Shown one piece after another: positions 26,854 to 36,171 of a stretch of DNA of 64,000 nt. The stretch is taken from the NCBI GenBank assembly GCA_021833825.1, contig JAKBEL010000021.1, positions 525-64,524 on the forward strand, written 5' to 3'. The position numbers were made by a program, and so were the translations under genes. The notes beneath the pieces were generated by a model. It had not been told where the DNA came from, searched no databases, and saw only the letters and a program-made list of their open reading frames with translations. Source of the DNA: a bacterium. GTDB lineage: Bacteria; Babelota; Babeliae; Babelales; Vermiphilaceae. Numbering within the stretch: the first letter of the stretch is position 1; each line of letters opens with the position of its first letter.

Positions 26854-27774
26854 AGAGCCTATCCCTAAATTCCGATCTTATTAAAATTAATGATTGAAGC
26901 CGCAAATTGGGCCATAGCCAAATAGTTTTTAGCATGCTTTGAAAAATGAATTAAAACATCTCTGAATCGGTTCATCCAGGAATGAACTGGCTCAATAAAC
27001 CAACGAGAGTAGCCTAAAGGATTTTTAGGTAAAGTCTTTGAGTTACGAGGATTAGGAGCAATTTTGGGTATGTAATAGAAATTGAATAATATTGTCTTCA
27101 CATGCTGATTGTCGCATGCGGCATCAAGGTGCATTTCTTTATAGCGTGGCATCTTGAGCGTAGATGGAATAGACTTAATGGTTTCAAAATAACTCATGAT
27201 CAGGCTGATTTGATCCTCCAATAGCAAGTCCCAGAATGACTCCATGTTTTTGTGCTATAACACTTATTTTTGTACCCATTTTTCTTCTATCCACTGGGCT
27301 ATTGCCGCTCTTATCTTTACTTAGAGGGCTTTTTCTATGCCCACAATCAATCGATTGCTTATCCAAGGACAATCCATGTATTTCGTCGTATTGTCTTACT
27401 TGATCATCAAATAAATCCTTGAACACATTCACTTTAACCAGCTTTTGAAAAAATCTATGCACTGCGGATGATGACCCAAAGCATTTTTGGCAAAGCATTC
27501 CAGTGAACAGAGGTCTTAAGAAGATAGTAAATTCCGTGAAGCATTCTTGATAAATCTAATGGTGGACGACCAACTTTTTTTGTAAATTCTTTATGTTTTG
27601 ATATGATCGATAGCAACTGAGTTAGCAAATTTTGTGACATCAAAAAGCGATTATTGATGCATTCTTCGTAACATGCTTTTGTTTTCATGGAAAATCTCCC
27701 TCTTGGATTGTGATTACTTCTTGAGGGAGATTATATTACTTTAAGTTATTTTTGGTAATTTAGGGATAGGCTCT
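26854..27774 (-). mobile_element. IS5-family (IS427/IS1031-like) insertion sequence, about 0.92 kb
   Basis: Perfect 18-bp terminal inverted repeats: agagcctatccctaaatt (26854-26871) and aatttagggataggctct (27757-27774). They enclose transposase fragments. Confidence 0.85.
26865..27688 (-). pseudogene. IS5-family transposase split over three reading frames
   Basis: ORFs 27455-27688 (GRPPLDLSRMLHGIYYLLKTSVHWNALP), 27184-27498 (FGSSSAVHRFFQKLVKVNVF...DRRKMGTK) and 26865-27245 (...YSRWFIEPVHSWMNRFR...) are colinear with one IS5-type protein. The first break lies inside the N-terminal domain. Confidence 0.8.
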
Positions 27775-27902
27775 TATAAAAGAGCCAGGCTGCAATTAGA
27801 AATATCTTTCTGTCGTAGAACAATCTTTTTCTTGGTCATTGAGCTTCTCATGTGTATAGTATAGTACGTCTATATCTGATATTTATCATGAGGAGCTCTG
27901 TT

Positions 27903-29555
27903 ATGATGATGCCATTCTTGTTATTTTTCTCAATACCAGTTCAACTTTTTTCTGCAGCTGAATATTGCTCCCCTCAACAGAGGCGGACTGTAGTATTATC
28001 GGGAGGTTTTGTGCCAGCGGCAAAAGAAGTTGCAATAGATGCTCCTGCTAGGTTTATGTCATATAGATGTGATCAGGAAGAGATTGTTTTTGATACCCAA
28101 TTTCTTGAAACAACATTCCGACATTCTTTATCATTCCAGAATAGATATTCTCGCAATAAAACTTTTGAGAATCTCATTAATGCTTTTTGCCAAGGATTAA
28201 AAAAAGATCAGATACAATTGCTTATTGCTGCGATTGGGAAAAATAATGAGGCGATTCAAGGCAGGATTGATTCTGCTCATATTTTTGCGCAGCAGATACA
28301 AGAGAATGATTTTCCATGGCTTCTTAAAAAGGCTCGCAATTATGGCATTGATTATGTTTACAGCGCGCTTATACATCGTATTGCTAGTGATCCGAATTTT
28401 GCACATACCATTTCAGACAGTTATCAACTTACTGATTCAACCTATTTTGCTATATCATCAAAAATTGACAGAGAAAAACTTCATGAAATAATATCTGGAG
28501 ATTTAAGAGAAGTTGTTCGATTTGATTATCAACCAGGAAAGATAAAGTCCATTTTGTTTGATAAAGATAATCCTTCAAAAATGTTTGTGGCCGGATCTTC
28601 AGGAACTCTCTTATACGATCTAGCAAAAGGTCAAATAGTACAACAATTTTTGCTTAAGAATATTATTAATGATGGTTTTGTTTGTTCTGATAGATCTGGT
28701 AATTACTGTTTTGAGCTGAATGATGGCCAAGTTTTTCTTTGGGAACTTCAATTCAGGCCCGCAAGAAGATCGGAGCTTAATCTTGCAAAGGGGATAATCA
28801 AGATTGGTCTTAATAGTTCTGATACGCAATTTTTTGCGCAATATAGAGATAGAGTGTTGGTTTATGATATTGAGACAGCAGGAGTAAAAGAGGTCTCTTT
28901 TGGTAAAGAGGGTAGCGCTTTACAATCTCATGAAGATAGTATCTCTGTATATTATAAAGATGATGATACTCTATGTATAAAACAGGGGGGCAACTTTTGC
29001 ATATATGATCCGAAAAGTGAGAGTAGCCGTATTGTTGTATTGCCAGAAAATGTTTATAAAGATAATAGTCTTGAAGTTGTATATAATGAGCAAGGAACGC
29101 AGGCCCTATTGAGATGTAATGATGCATTGCATATATATGATTTTGAAAAAGCATTAGAGGTTGACATAAGATTGCCCATTAAACAGTCAGAGCAGCTTCT
29201 TGGTGCCCAGTATTGTGATAATGATAGTAAGTTATTGTTGCGTACAGGATATAGAATATATGTATATGATATTCAGACAAGAAGTTGCACAGCCTCATAC
29301 CCTATATTGCCAGAATATGATAGACTTCTTTATAAATCAAAAAGAGTAATTGCTTTACATAATTCTAGCAGTATGTTTGTTTTATATCCAGATATTATGT
29401 TAAGAGACCTAAATCCTAAACAGATACTCTTTTTATTTAAAGCCTCCTCTTCTTGGCACATCAATAAAAAGTATATGTTGAAAAAAGAGGATCTTGAGAT
29501 CTTTAACTCATTGCCAGAACAGATAAAATCAGATTATCTCTTTTATTCAGAGTAG
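27903..29555 (+). CDS. Leader-bearing hypothetical protein: N-terminal helical region plus beta-propeller-like repeats
   Basis: GAGGAG lies 7-8 nt before the ATG at 27903 (MMMPFLLFFSIPVQLFSAAEY). Blade-like motifs recur: LLYDLAKG, VFLWELQF, VLVYDIETAG, FCIYDPKSES, LHIYDFEKA, IYVYDIQTRS. Confidence 0.6.
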   Translation: MMMPFLLFFSIPVQLFSAAEYCSPQQRRTVVLSGGFVPAAKEVAIDAPARFMSYRCDQEEIVFDTQFLETTFRHSLSFQNRYSRNKTFENLINAFCQGLKKDQIQLLIAAIGKNNEAIQGRIDSAHIFAQQIQENDFPWLLKKARNYGIDYVYSALIHRIASDPNFAHTISDSYQLTDSTYFAISSKIDREKLHEIISGDLREVVRFDYQPGKIKSILFDKDNPSKMFVAGSSGTLLYDLAKGQIVQQFLLKNIINDGFVCSDRSGNYCFELNDGQVFLWELQFRPARRSELNLAKGIIKIGLNSSDTQFFAQYRDRVLVYDIETAGVKEVSFGKEGSALQSHEDSISVYYKDDDTLCIKQGGNFCIYDPKSESSRIVVLPENVYKDNSLEVVYNEQGTQALLRCNDALHIYDFEKALEVDIRLPIKQSEQLLGAQYCDNDSKLLLRTGYRIYVYDIQTRSCTASYPILPEYDRLLYKSKRVIALHNSSSMFVLYPDIMLRDLNPKQILFLFKASSSWHINKKYMLKKEDLEIFNSLPEQIKSDYLFYSE

Positions 29556-29674
29556 ATCTATCCTTAATAATAAGCTTTCCTTTTGCAAAGAGCAAAAAGA
29601 TGCTATTTTATAAATTTTATTGATTATTTAATTCAATTAGTCAATAATAATATATAGGTAACAAAGGGGAGCTT

Positions 29675-30601
29675 ATGTACTATTTTTTGGTTGTGATATT
29701 TTTTTTATTCAATAGTTTAGATGCTTATATCTATCAAGCCATTATTATGAAAAAATGGAATGATCTGCGCAATAGATATCATTATGTTATTGGCTTAGGT
29801 GATTATCATATTAAACATGATAGTGTTATCAAAAAACAGCATAATCAATTAAGGTCATTGCTTACCAATATGGATGCTCAATGCTGTAAGGTTATAACTG
29901 AAGATTTGAGCGTTCCAAATGTTGATGGTAGATGTGGAAGTGGAAAATTTCGTATCAATTCTCGCGGAGGCTTTTTGGGAGGTATTACTGAAAAATGTCG
30001 AAATATGGGGCTTGATGCTGATAATTTTGAGTATCGATATGCACGAGTCTGCTCTATTGGTCCAGTTCTAAAAGATGTCACAAAAGATCCTAAAGCATAT
30101 CCCTCTGTAGTAGGAATATCGGTTGGAGATGTGGTCAAAGAGATTAAAGATGAATCTCAAAAAATTGTAAAGTTTGATGATGGGCGAGTTCTTAATGATT
30201 GGTATCGTGCATCGGTTGAACAGGTTGATAAAAAGATTGTTGCTTATGGTCTGACTGATCATAAGATGAGTATGGCCGATTATTTAGCGAGCAAACAAAA
30301 CAATCCAACGCTATTGGAAAAACTGCTCACCTTTGATCGTGCTCTGCTTGATGCACATATAGTCCACTCGGTTGTCAACACCAATAAAGAGAATATCTGT
30401 TTGCTTGCAGGTGGCTCGCATATTGAACGTGTTTCACAGATGTTGGAAAAAGTTGGCTATAAAAGGGTGTTAGAGTTACCAAAAATCAATGCTCATGCAG
30501 CTCGGATTGAAAGCTCTCTGCAATCTGAAAGTGGGGCAAGCGATAATATGAGTATCCCATATGCTATTGATCTTAGTGGTTTTCAGAATTTGAAGTTATA
30601 A
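29675..30601 (+). CDS. Leader-bearing hypothetical protein, possibly EreA/ChaN/TraB/TIKI-like
   Basis: GGGGAG SD. Motif order VIGLGDYHIKHD ... VITEDL ... LLAGGSHIERV resembles the GxxH...E...GxxH arrangement of that superfamily. Weak, by eye only. Confidence 0.5.
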   Translation: MYYFLVVIFFLFNSLDAYIYQAIIMKKWNDLRNRYHYVIGLGDYHIKHDSVIKKQHNQLRSLLTNMDAQCCKVITEDLSVPNVDGRCGSGKFRINSRGGFLGGITEKCRNMGLDADNFEYRYARVCSIGPVLKDVTKDPKAYPSVVGISVGDVVKEIKDESQKIVKFDDGRVLNDWYRASVEQVDKKIVAYGLTDHKMSMADYLASKQNNPTLLEKLLTFDRALLDAHIVHSVVNTNKENICLLAGGSHIERVSQMLEKVGYKRVLELPKINAHAARIESSLQSESGASDNMSIPYAIDLSGFQNLKL

Positions 30602-31670
30602 TAACAGGATTAAGTATATGATATGCTTTGTTTCCGTGGGGGAAAGATGAAGCTTGAGCAGCGCCTCTACGTGGTTCATTAGGTGTAGAGATTGTCAATG
30701 AGGCATTGCTCGATGAGGATGAAGAATTAAGTGTTTTTTGCAATGATGATGCTTGAAATATTGCATTCCCAGTGAATGGCGATGCGTTAGGCTTTGTTTG
30801 CTCTATCCTGGGAGAGTTCCGTATTTCTTTTATTATTTTGTTAGCAGCTTCTGTTGCAGATGTTTCAATTTTTACGTTCAATGCAGCGACATTTTGCGTG
30901 ATCTCAGTAATGCGTTCATTCTGTTGCTCCTGCATCTGATGTATTGTATCGAGTAAATTTTTAAGCTTTTCTTGGTGCTCAGCGCTTGCTTTTTTTTGGT
31001 ATTCCTTAAGACCCTCTGCAATAACAGTCAAATTCACCCCTTGTTTATCTATCATTTCCTGTATTTGTTTAGTTAGATTTAAATTTTGTGTAGTTTTCTC
31101 TTCTAAAGATGCAATCTGAGATGACTGTTGATTTTGCGTTAGAGAAATTTGTTTTGTTTGGGCTATCGATTGTTGATGATTTTCTTCAACCGTTTTTTTT
31201 AATGACTTAAGTTTTTCAGCCTGTTCCTCATTATACTGTATCTGTTGTTTGTTTTGCTCTATCACCATGTTTTTTAGAGCATTTATTTCACTTTTATACC
31301 AAAGCCGAGTCATTCCAGCGACAAATATTGTATAACCGGTTCTTTTGCTAAAAAGAAAATGTGCAATGCCTGAAACAGCTACTGTTGTGACGACGTCATG
31401 TTTGTTATCTTTTACCCAATTACAACTAGAGTTAATTATTTGTTGGTAATATTCTGGGGTTAAAAAATGTGGTACGGTTTGTGCTATGCTAGCAAAAATA
31501 TTAGTGGCAAACTTTAGATTAACATTTTGTGTATCATCAGAACATGATATATTAAAATGCGCGCATACCAAAAATATTAAAAAAAATAGCATCACTTTTT
31601 TTTCTTTTAAAAGAGTGTTTAATAAGAAATTACATTGTAAAATGTTACTATAACATATTAAATAAATCAA
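30573..31670 (-). CDS. Membrane-hairpin plus Gln-rich coiled-coil protein (family member 1)
   Basis: Leader (start may be the Met at 31592). Small-residue hairpin VVTTVAVSGIAHFLF-SKRTGY-TIFVAGMTRLWY, then a ~170-aa heptad-like Q/E/K-rich region and a Ser-rich tail. Confidence 0.65.
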   Translation of the reverse strand: MIYLICYSNILQCNFLLNTLLKEKKVMLFFLIFLVCAHFNISCSDDTQNVNLKFATNIFASIAQTVPHFLTPEYYQQIINSSCNWVKDNKHDVVTTVAVSGIAHFLFSKRTGYTIFVAGMTRLWYKSEINALKNMVIEQNKQQIQYNEEQAEKLKSLKKTVEENHQQSIAQTKQISLTQNQQSSQIASLEEKTTQNLNLTKQIQEMIDKQGVNLTVIAEGLKEYQKKASAEHQEKLKNLLDTIHQMQEQQNERITEITQNVAALNVKIETSATEAANKIIKEIRNSPRIEQTKPNASPFTGNAIFQASSLQKTLNSSSSSSNASLTISTPNEPRRGAAQASSFPHGNKAYHILNPVIITSNSENH

Positions 31671-31727
31671 CTTTGCATTAAAATAGACTTTTTTTGTTAT
31701 TTGAAAAAGTCTATATGAAAACGGCTC

Positions 31728-32510
31728 TTAAAGGCTCTCGTTAAGCGCTCTATTTTTGAATTGATCCTTGTCGTTGCGCTTTTCATTGAGAGGATTTTTT
31801 GATAGCTCTTTTAATATGTCTGCAGTAAATTTTGAATAAGCTTTTTCTGTAGTAGTCAATAACTTTGTGGTTGCATCTTTTAAATCTTCTGTTTGATGAG
31901 CTGATTCTGACATTATCTCTTGTAGATTAACAACCTCTTTTACGATATGTGCAGATCGTTCTGTGGCATCTGTAATCTCTTTTTTTATCTCTACAAGTAT
32001 TTCAGTCTGCTCCGATATGCTCTTGGCAATTGAGTTGAGCGAGCCATTTTGTTCTTGAATGTCTTTGCTTATTTGGTCAAGTGATGCATTTTGGTTTTCT
32101 AGGGTAGTTGAAATTTTTTGGAACTCAGCTTTGTGCGATTTATTATACTCTTCAACTATATTGAGTAGGCTTTGAGCTGCCCCATCAACGTTTGCTTGAC
32201 TATCTTCTAGATCTTTAAAACTTTGATTCAATTCTTTATCTAATTTTGAATCTTGCATGCATTTATATAATATAAAGCATCCACTTAGTCCACATGCACC
32301 TATAAGATATTTTTTATCCCATTTACATGCAGAGGCTGCAGCTCCAAGCCCTATCATTGATCCTGCAATAATAGGTGTTTGATGCTCCACTAGCCATTCG
32401 GACCAATCCATTTTTTCTTCTTGAAAGATATCAGAGTTCAATTCTTCCATTGCAGTAAGGTGTGTTGACATATTGAATAAAACAAGAGAAAGCATTAGAT
32501 GTTTGTCCAT
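31728..32510 (-). CDS. Membrane-hairpin plus coiled-coil protein (family member 2)
   Basis: Leader. Hairpin PIIAGSMIGLGAAASAC-KWDKKY-LIGACGLSGCFILY, followed by a long helical or coiled-coil region. Confidence 0.65.
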   Translation of the reverse strand: MDKHLMLSLVLFNMSTHLTAMEELNSDIFQEEKMDWSEWLVEHQTPIIAGSMIGLGAAASACKWDKKYLIGACGLSGCFILYKCMQDSKLDKELNQSFKDLEDSQANVDGAAQSLLNIVEEYNKSHKAEFQKISTTLENQNASLDQISKDIQEQNGSLNSIAKSISEQTEILVEIKKEITDATERSAHIVKEVVNLQEIMSESAHQTEDLKDATTKLLTTTEKAYSKFTADILKELSKNPLNEKRNDKDQFKNRALNESL

Positions 32511-32669
32511 GATATTATTTTCGTTATGATAAGGTTATACTATATCGACTATTATTATTTATATTATTTATATAATGCAGAATAATATTACTATATAAAA
32601 TCTTTTGCCGCAATTCTTTTGTGCAATTTTGTATTTTTCAAAAAAGAAAAAATTGCGATATGGAATTTG

Positions 32670-33920
32670 TTATGCATCTGCGCAGGGCCGGTAATGGGTT
32701 ATTATTTTTTCAAGTACAAGTGCGCTGGCAGGTGCGATAGCAAGTAGTGCTAATGGTATCAATTTTTTAATCTGGTTGTGTAATCGATCTGGTGCTTTAA
32801 AATGTTTAATTTCTGGTATTGCATCAAATGAATCTATGGTATTCTCTTGCCCATGATCAAGTGCAAATCTCTTTAATATCGTTTGATGTTCCTGTTCTAA
32901 TTCTTGGGCAAATAGCTGTTGTTGTTGTAATAGCTTTTCACGCTTACGCTTTAGCTTTGCTTCCGCTTTTGCTCTTTCATGCTCTATCTCATTTTCACAT
33001 TTCATCTCTAGCTGTGCAAATTTCTCTTGAATGAGTGGTTCGTACTCAGCTGGAGGTGCAAGCTCTATTGTAACAGGTTCATCTGTTATGAATGGTTCTG
33101 ATTCAAGATTGACCTGTATTTCTTGTGCGTGCGCAATTGCTTGTAACATCTTTTGAATATTGGTTTGTGTATGATGAGCGCTTGCAATAATTGAGCTCTC
33201 TATTTTGGGTAATTGGTTGCCTAGAGCCGTTATATTGCTCTGCATGAGATGTGATTGAGTCTGAGCAAATTGCCCAACGCCAATAATTTCTTGATGCAGT
33301 TTAATAAAGTTTTCGGTTGACAGGCTGCTCGTTTGGGTTATCTGTGCAAGAATTTCTTGTTTGTGTTCTGCAAGAGCAAGGTGCAATCGAGCACTCTCTT
33401 TAGATATGTGGGCGCGTATTTTGATCTCATGTGCAAAAAGCGCATAGCGCAGATTTTTATCAAGAAGGGTCATCTTTTTTTGTATGTCCTGTTGGTTCTG
33501 TTGTGCTTGGCTATAGAGTATGCGAAATTTTTTATCGATTCTTCGTTCAGCGGCATCTTGATGATCAAGTAACGTATTAGTGCTATCAACAATCAGTCTT
33601 TTTGTCTCTAGGTCAGATGCATACCAATATAATGTGCATCCGCATAATCCAATTGCTAAGGCATTAGTTGGAGAGATGCCCTTTTGATGTAGTTTATAAC
33701 ATGCAAAGCTTGCAGCCAATGATGTTGCGCATCCGGTTGCCAAAAGAGGCTTCCAATGATTGTAGGTCCATTGGCCAATATTTTTCCACCAGATTATTCT
33801 GTGCATGTTGTATTCAAGGCGATCTGTCCATTGATCAATTGGATGGTCATTTTCTCCCGGCTGTATAGCAGATGGTAGAAGAATGCATAATATGGTGAGG
33901 TATAACCTTGATATATACAA
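32670..33920 (-). CDS. Membrane-hairpin plus coiled-coil protein (family member 3) with extra C-terminal TM
   Basis: TTG start 8 nt after AAGGGGG. Hairpin PLLATGCATSLAASFACY-KLHQKGISPTN-ALAIGLCGCTLYWYA, a long coiled-coil, then C-terminal LIPLALLAIAPASALVL. Confidence 0.65.
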   Translation of the reverse strand: MYISRLYLTILCILLPSAIQPGENDHPIDQWTDRLEYNMHRIIWWKNIGQWTYNHWKPLLATGCATSLAASFACYKLHQKGISPTNALAIGLCGCTLYWYASDLETKRLIVDSTNTLLDHQDAAERRIDKKFRILYSQAQQNQQDIQKKMTLLDKNLRYALFAHEIKIRAHISKESARLHLALAEHKQEILAQITQTSSLSTENFIKLHQEIIGVGQFAQTQSHLMQSNITALGNQLPKIESSIIASAHHTQTNIQKMLQAIAHAQEIQVNLESEPFITDEPVTIELAPPAEYEPLIQEKFAQLEMKCENEIEHERAKAEAKLKRKREKLLQQQQLFAQELEQEHQTILKRFALDHGQENTIDSFDAIPEIKHFKAPDRLHNQIKKLIPLALLAIAPASALVLEKIITHYRPCADA

Positions 33921-34003
33921 ATAGGGCCCCCTTTTGATCTATCTGTTCTCATATCGATATATCTATTTTAATAGGTTATCATATGTGATGGTTGTACATG
34001 CAA

Positions 34004-34984
34004 TTATCTTATAGTTAATGATTCTGAATTTTCAGTTTTTACGAGCTTTAAAGAATCTTCTTGTTGATCTGATGCATAATAATTTCTCGTTAAATATGCT
34101 CTGCCTGAATCTCCAAAGATCATGATGCCGATATCTTTTGAGCAGAAATGGTTTTGGGCATAATGCATCGCTGCAAAGCAGACTGCGCCACTGCTTGGCC
34201 CAACAAGAAGCCCATGTTGATGTGAGAGTGTGGCAAGTATGCTTAAAGCCTGTTGATCGCTGACTAATATTGCCTCATCTATAATGGCCTCATCATACAC
34301 GGGGGAGATGAAATCAACTCCCATGCCCTCAATGTGGTATGGTTTTGGATGTCCGTTAGTTGCTCGATATGAATTGATAGAATCAATTGCTATGATACGA
34401 ATATTAGGATTCTGTTCTTTTAAAAATCTGCCAGCTCCAGATATAGTCCCTCCGGTTCCAGCTGCTGCAAAAAGATGTGTTATATGCCCTTCGGTCTGCT
34501 GCCAAATCTCTGGGCCAAGAAGCTTGTAATGGGCCTGTGCATTGAGTATGTTATAATATTGATTGGGCATGAATGAGTTGGGGGTCTGCTGGTGTAATTT
34601 TATTGCATGTGCATGATAACTCTCAGGATGATCAAGAGAGTCGGTTGTTGGAAATATATGGACCTGCGCGCCGTAAGCACGAAGTGTTTGCAACTTTTCT
34701 TGACTGATCTTTTCAGAGACACAGATGATAACAGTATATCCTTTTGCTGCACCAATCATTGCCATAGCAATTCCTTGATTGCCAGATGAGGCATCAATAA
34801 TGGTGCCACCAGGTTTTAATTGGCCATGTTTTTCAGCATATTCAATCATATAGAGTGCTGATCTATCTTTTACGCTGCCGCCTGGATTGAGGTATTCCAA
34901 TTTTGCATAGAGTTTACCAGAAGTGATGGGAACTCCTATAATAGGTGTGTTGCCAATCGCATGATATATCGCTCTATGTATCAT
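34004..34984 (-). CDS. cysK: Cysteine synthase (O-acetylserine sulfhydrylase) family PLP enzyme
   Basis: NPGGSVKDRSA (PLP Lys), SSGNQGIAMAM and GTGGTISG. CysK, CysM and a CBS-like enzyme cannot be separated by eye. Confidence 0.8.
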   Translation of the reverse strand: MIHRAIYHAIGNTPIIGVPITSGKLYAKLEYLNPGGSVKDRSALYMIEYAEKHGQLKPGGTIIDASSGNQGIAMAMIGAAKGYTVIICVSEKISQEKLQTLRAYGAQVHIFPTTDSLDHPESYHAHAIKLHQQTPNSFMPNQYYNILNAQAHYKLLGPEIWQQTEGHITHLFAAAGTGGTISGAGRFLKEQNPNIRIIAIDSINSYRATNGHPKPYHIEGMGVDFISPVYDEAIIDEAILVSDQQALSILATLSHQHGLLVGPSSGAVCFAAMHYAQNHFCSKDIGIMIFGDSGRAYLTRNYYASDQQEDSLKLVKTENSESLTIR

Positions 34985-34999
34985 AAGAATCCTCTAATC

Positions 35000-36148
35000 T
35001 TAGCAATGTGCCTGTCTCTGCAATTCATGATACAGTTCAAGATGCTGATTGATCATCGCTTCAGGTTTAAAATCATCGAGATTCTCTTTATACGCACTCA
35101 ATGGTTGATGAAGATTTTCCTGTTTGCTTATTTCTAGCATATATTTTCCCAGGCTCGTCCAATCATATTGTTCGCATAAGAGACCATTTTTCCCATGCAT
35201 AATGACATCATGAATGCCGCCAGTATTATAACTTATTACAGGTAGCTTTAACAATCGTGCTTCTATAATTGCGCAAGGAAGCCCTTCCCATAGGGAGCTT
35301 AACACAAATGCATGCCAATTGAGCATGAAGGGTGCAACAGTGTGTTGCCATCCATGCAATCTGATAACATCTTGTAAATGATGTTGGGCAATCCATGTTT
35401 CGATCTCATTGCGCAATATACCATCACCAATGATCTCTAGACGGGCAAGAGGATTTTGAGTATAGACGTGAGCAAAAGCTTGCAAAAGATCAAAGATGTT
35501 TTTCTGTCTTTTAAAGCAGGCGATGGTTCCAAAGATGAACGGTCGATCTTGTGGAAATTCGGGTAGAGTTTTTGTTTGTGATTCAAATTGTGACCAATCA
35601 ATAGCAGCGCGTATAATAGTGTGATGAGATTTAAATTTTCCAAATAGGCGAATGCCGGTCTTTACATCTTCAATTGATACGCAAATAAAGTGATCGGTAA
35701 TAAGACTTGTGACCCATTCTAAGCATATAATGGGAATGCGAATAAAAAATGGTTGATGATTATGAAATCCATAGCCATGAATAGTGTGAACTCTATATTT
35801 TACTTTGGCAAAAAATGCGGCCCATCTGCCAATCAGTCCAGCTTTTGTGCTGTGGGTGTGCACAATAATATTTGGATGTTTTTTTCGTAATCTGCGTAAT
35901 TCTTGTATTAAACGAAAAAAGGAGAATAATTCTTTGAGTATGCCATTGACTTCACGTGTCAATTGGTCAAGGAGTATTACGTTGTTATTATTTTTGATAT
36001 TTTCTGCTAATATGCCATCTTTTCCAGATATGAGAAGGGTGTTAATATCCCTTTTTTTTAGATCGTTAAGTAAAGTAAGGCATACTTTTTGGGCGCCGCC
36101 CAGTTCAAGCTTGGTTATAATATAAACAACATCTATAGGGTGCTTCAT
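35000..36148 (-). CDS. Glycosyltransferase, GT4-type
   Basis: LGGAQKV near the N-terminus and SLWEGLPCAIIEA...GGIHDVI near the C-terminus. Confidence 0.8.
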   Translation of the reverse strand: MKHPIDVVYIITKLELGGAQKVCLTLLNDLKKRDINTLLISGKDGILAENIKNNNNVILLDQLTREVNGILKELFSFFRLIQELRRLRKKHPNIIVHTHSTKAGLIGRWAAFFAKVKYRVHTIHGYGFHNHQPFFIRIPIICLEWVTSLITDHFICVSIEDVKTGIRLFGKFKSHHTIIRAAIDWSQFESQTKTLPEFPQDRPFIFGTIACFKRQKNIFDLLQAFAHVYTQNPLARLEIIGDGILRNEIETWIAQHHLQDVIRLHGWQHTVAPFMLNWHAFVLSSLWEGLPCAIIEARLLKLPVISYNTGGIHDVIMHGKNGLLCEQYDWTSLGKYMLEISKQENLHQPLSAYKENLDDFKPEAMINQHLELYHELQRQAHC

Positions 36149-36171
36149 AAACTAATCTCTTATAATCTTTG

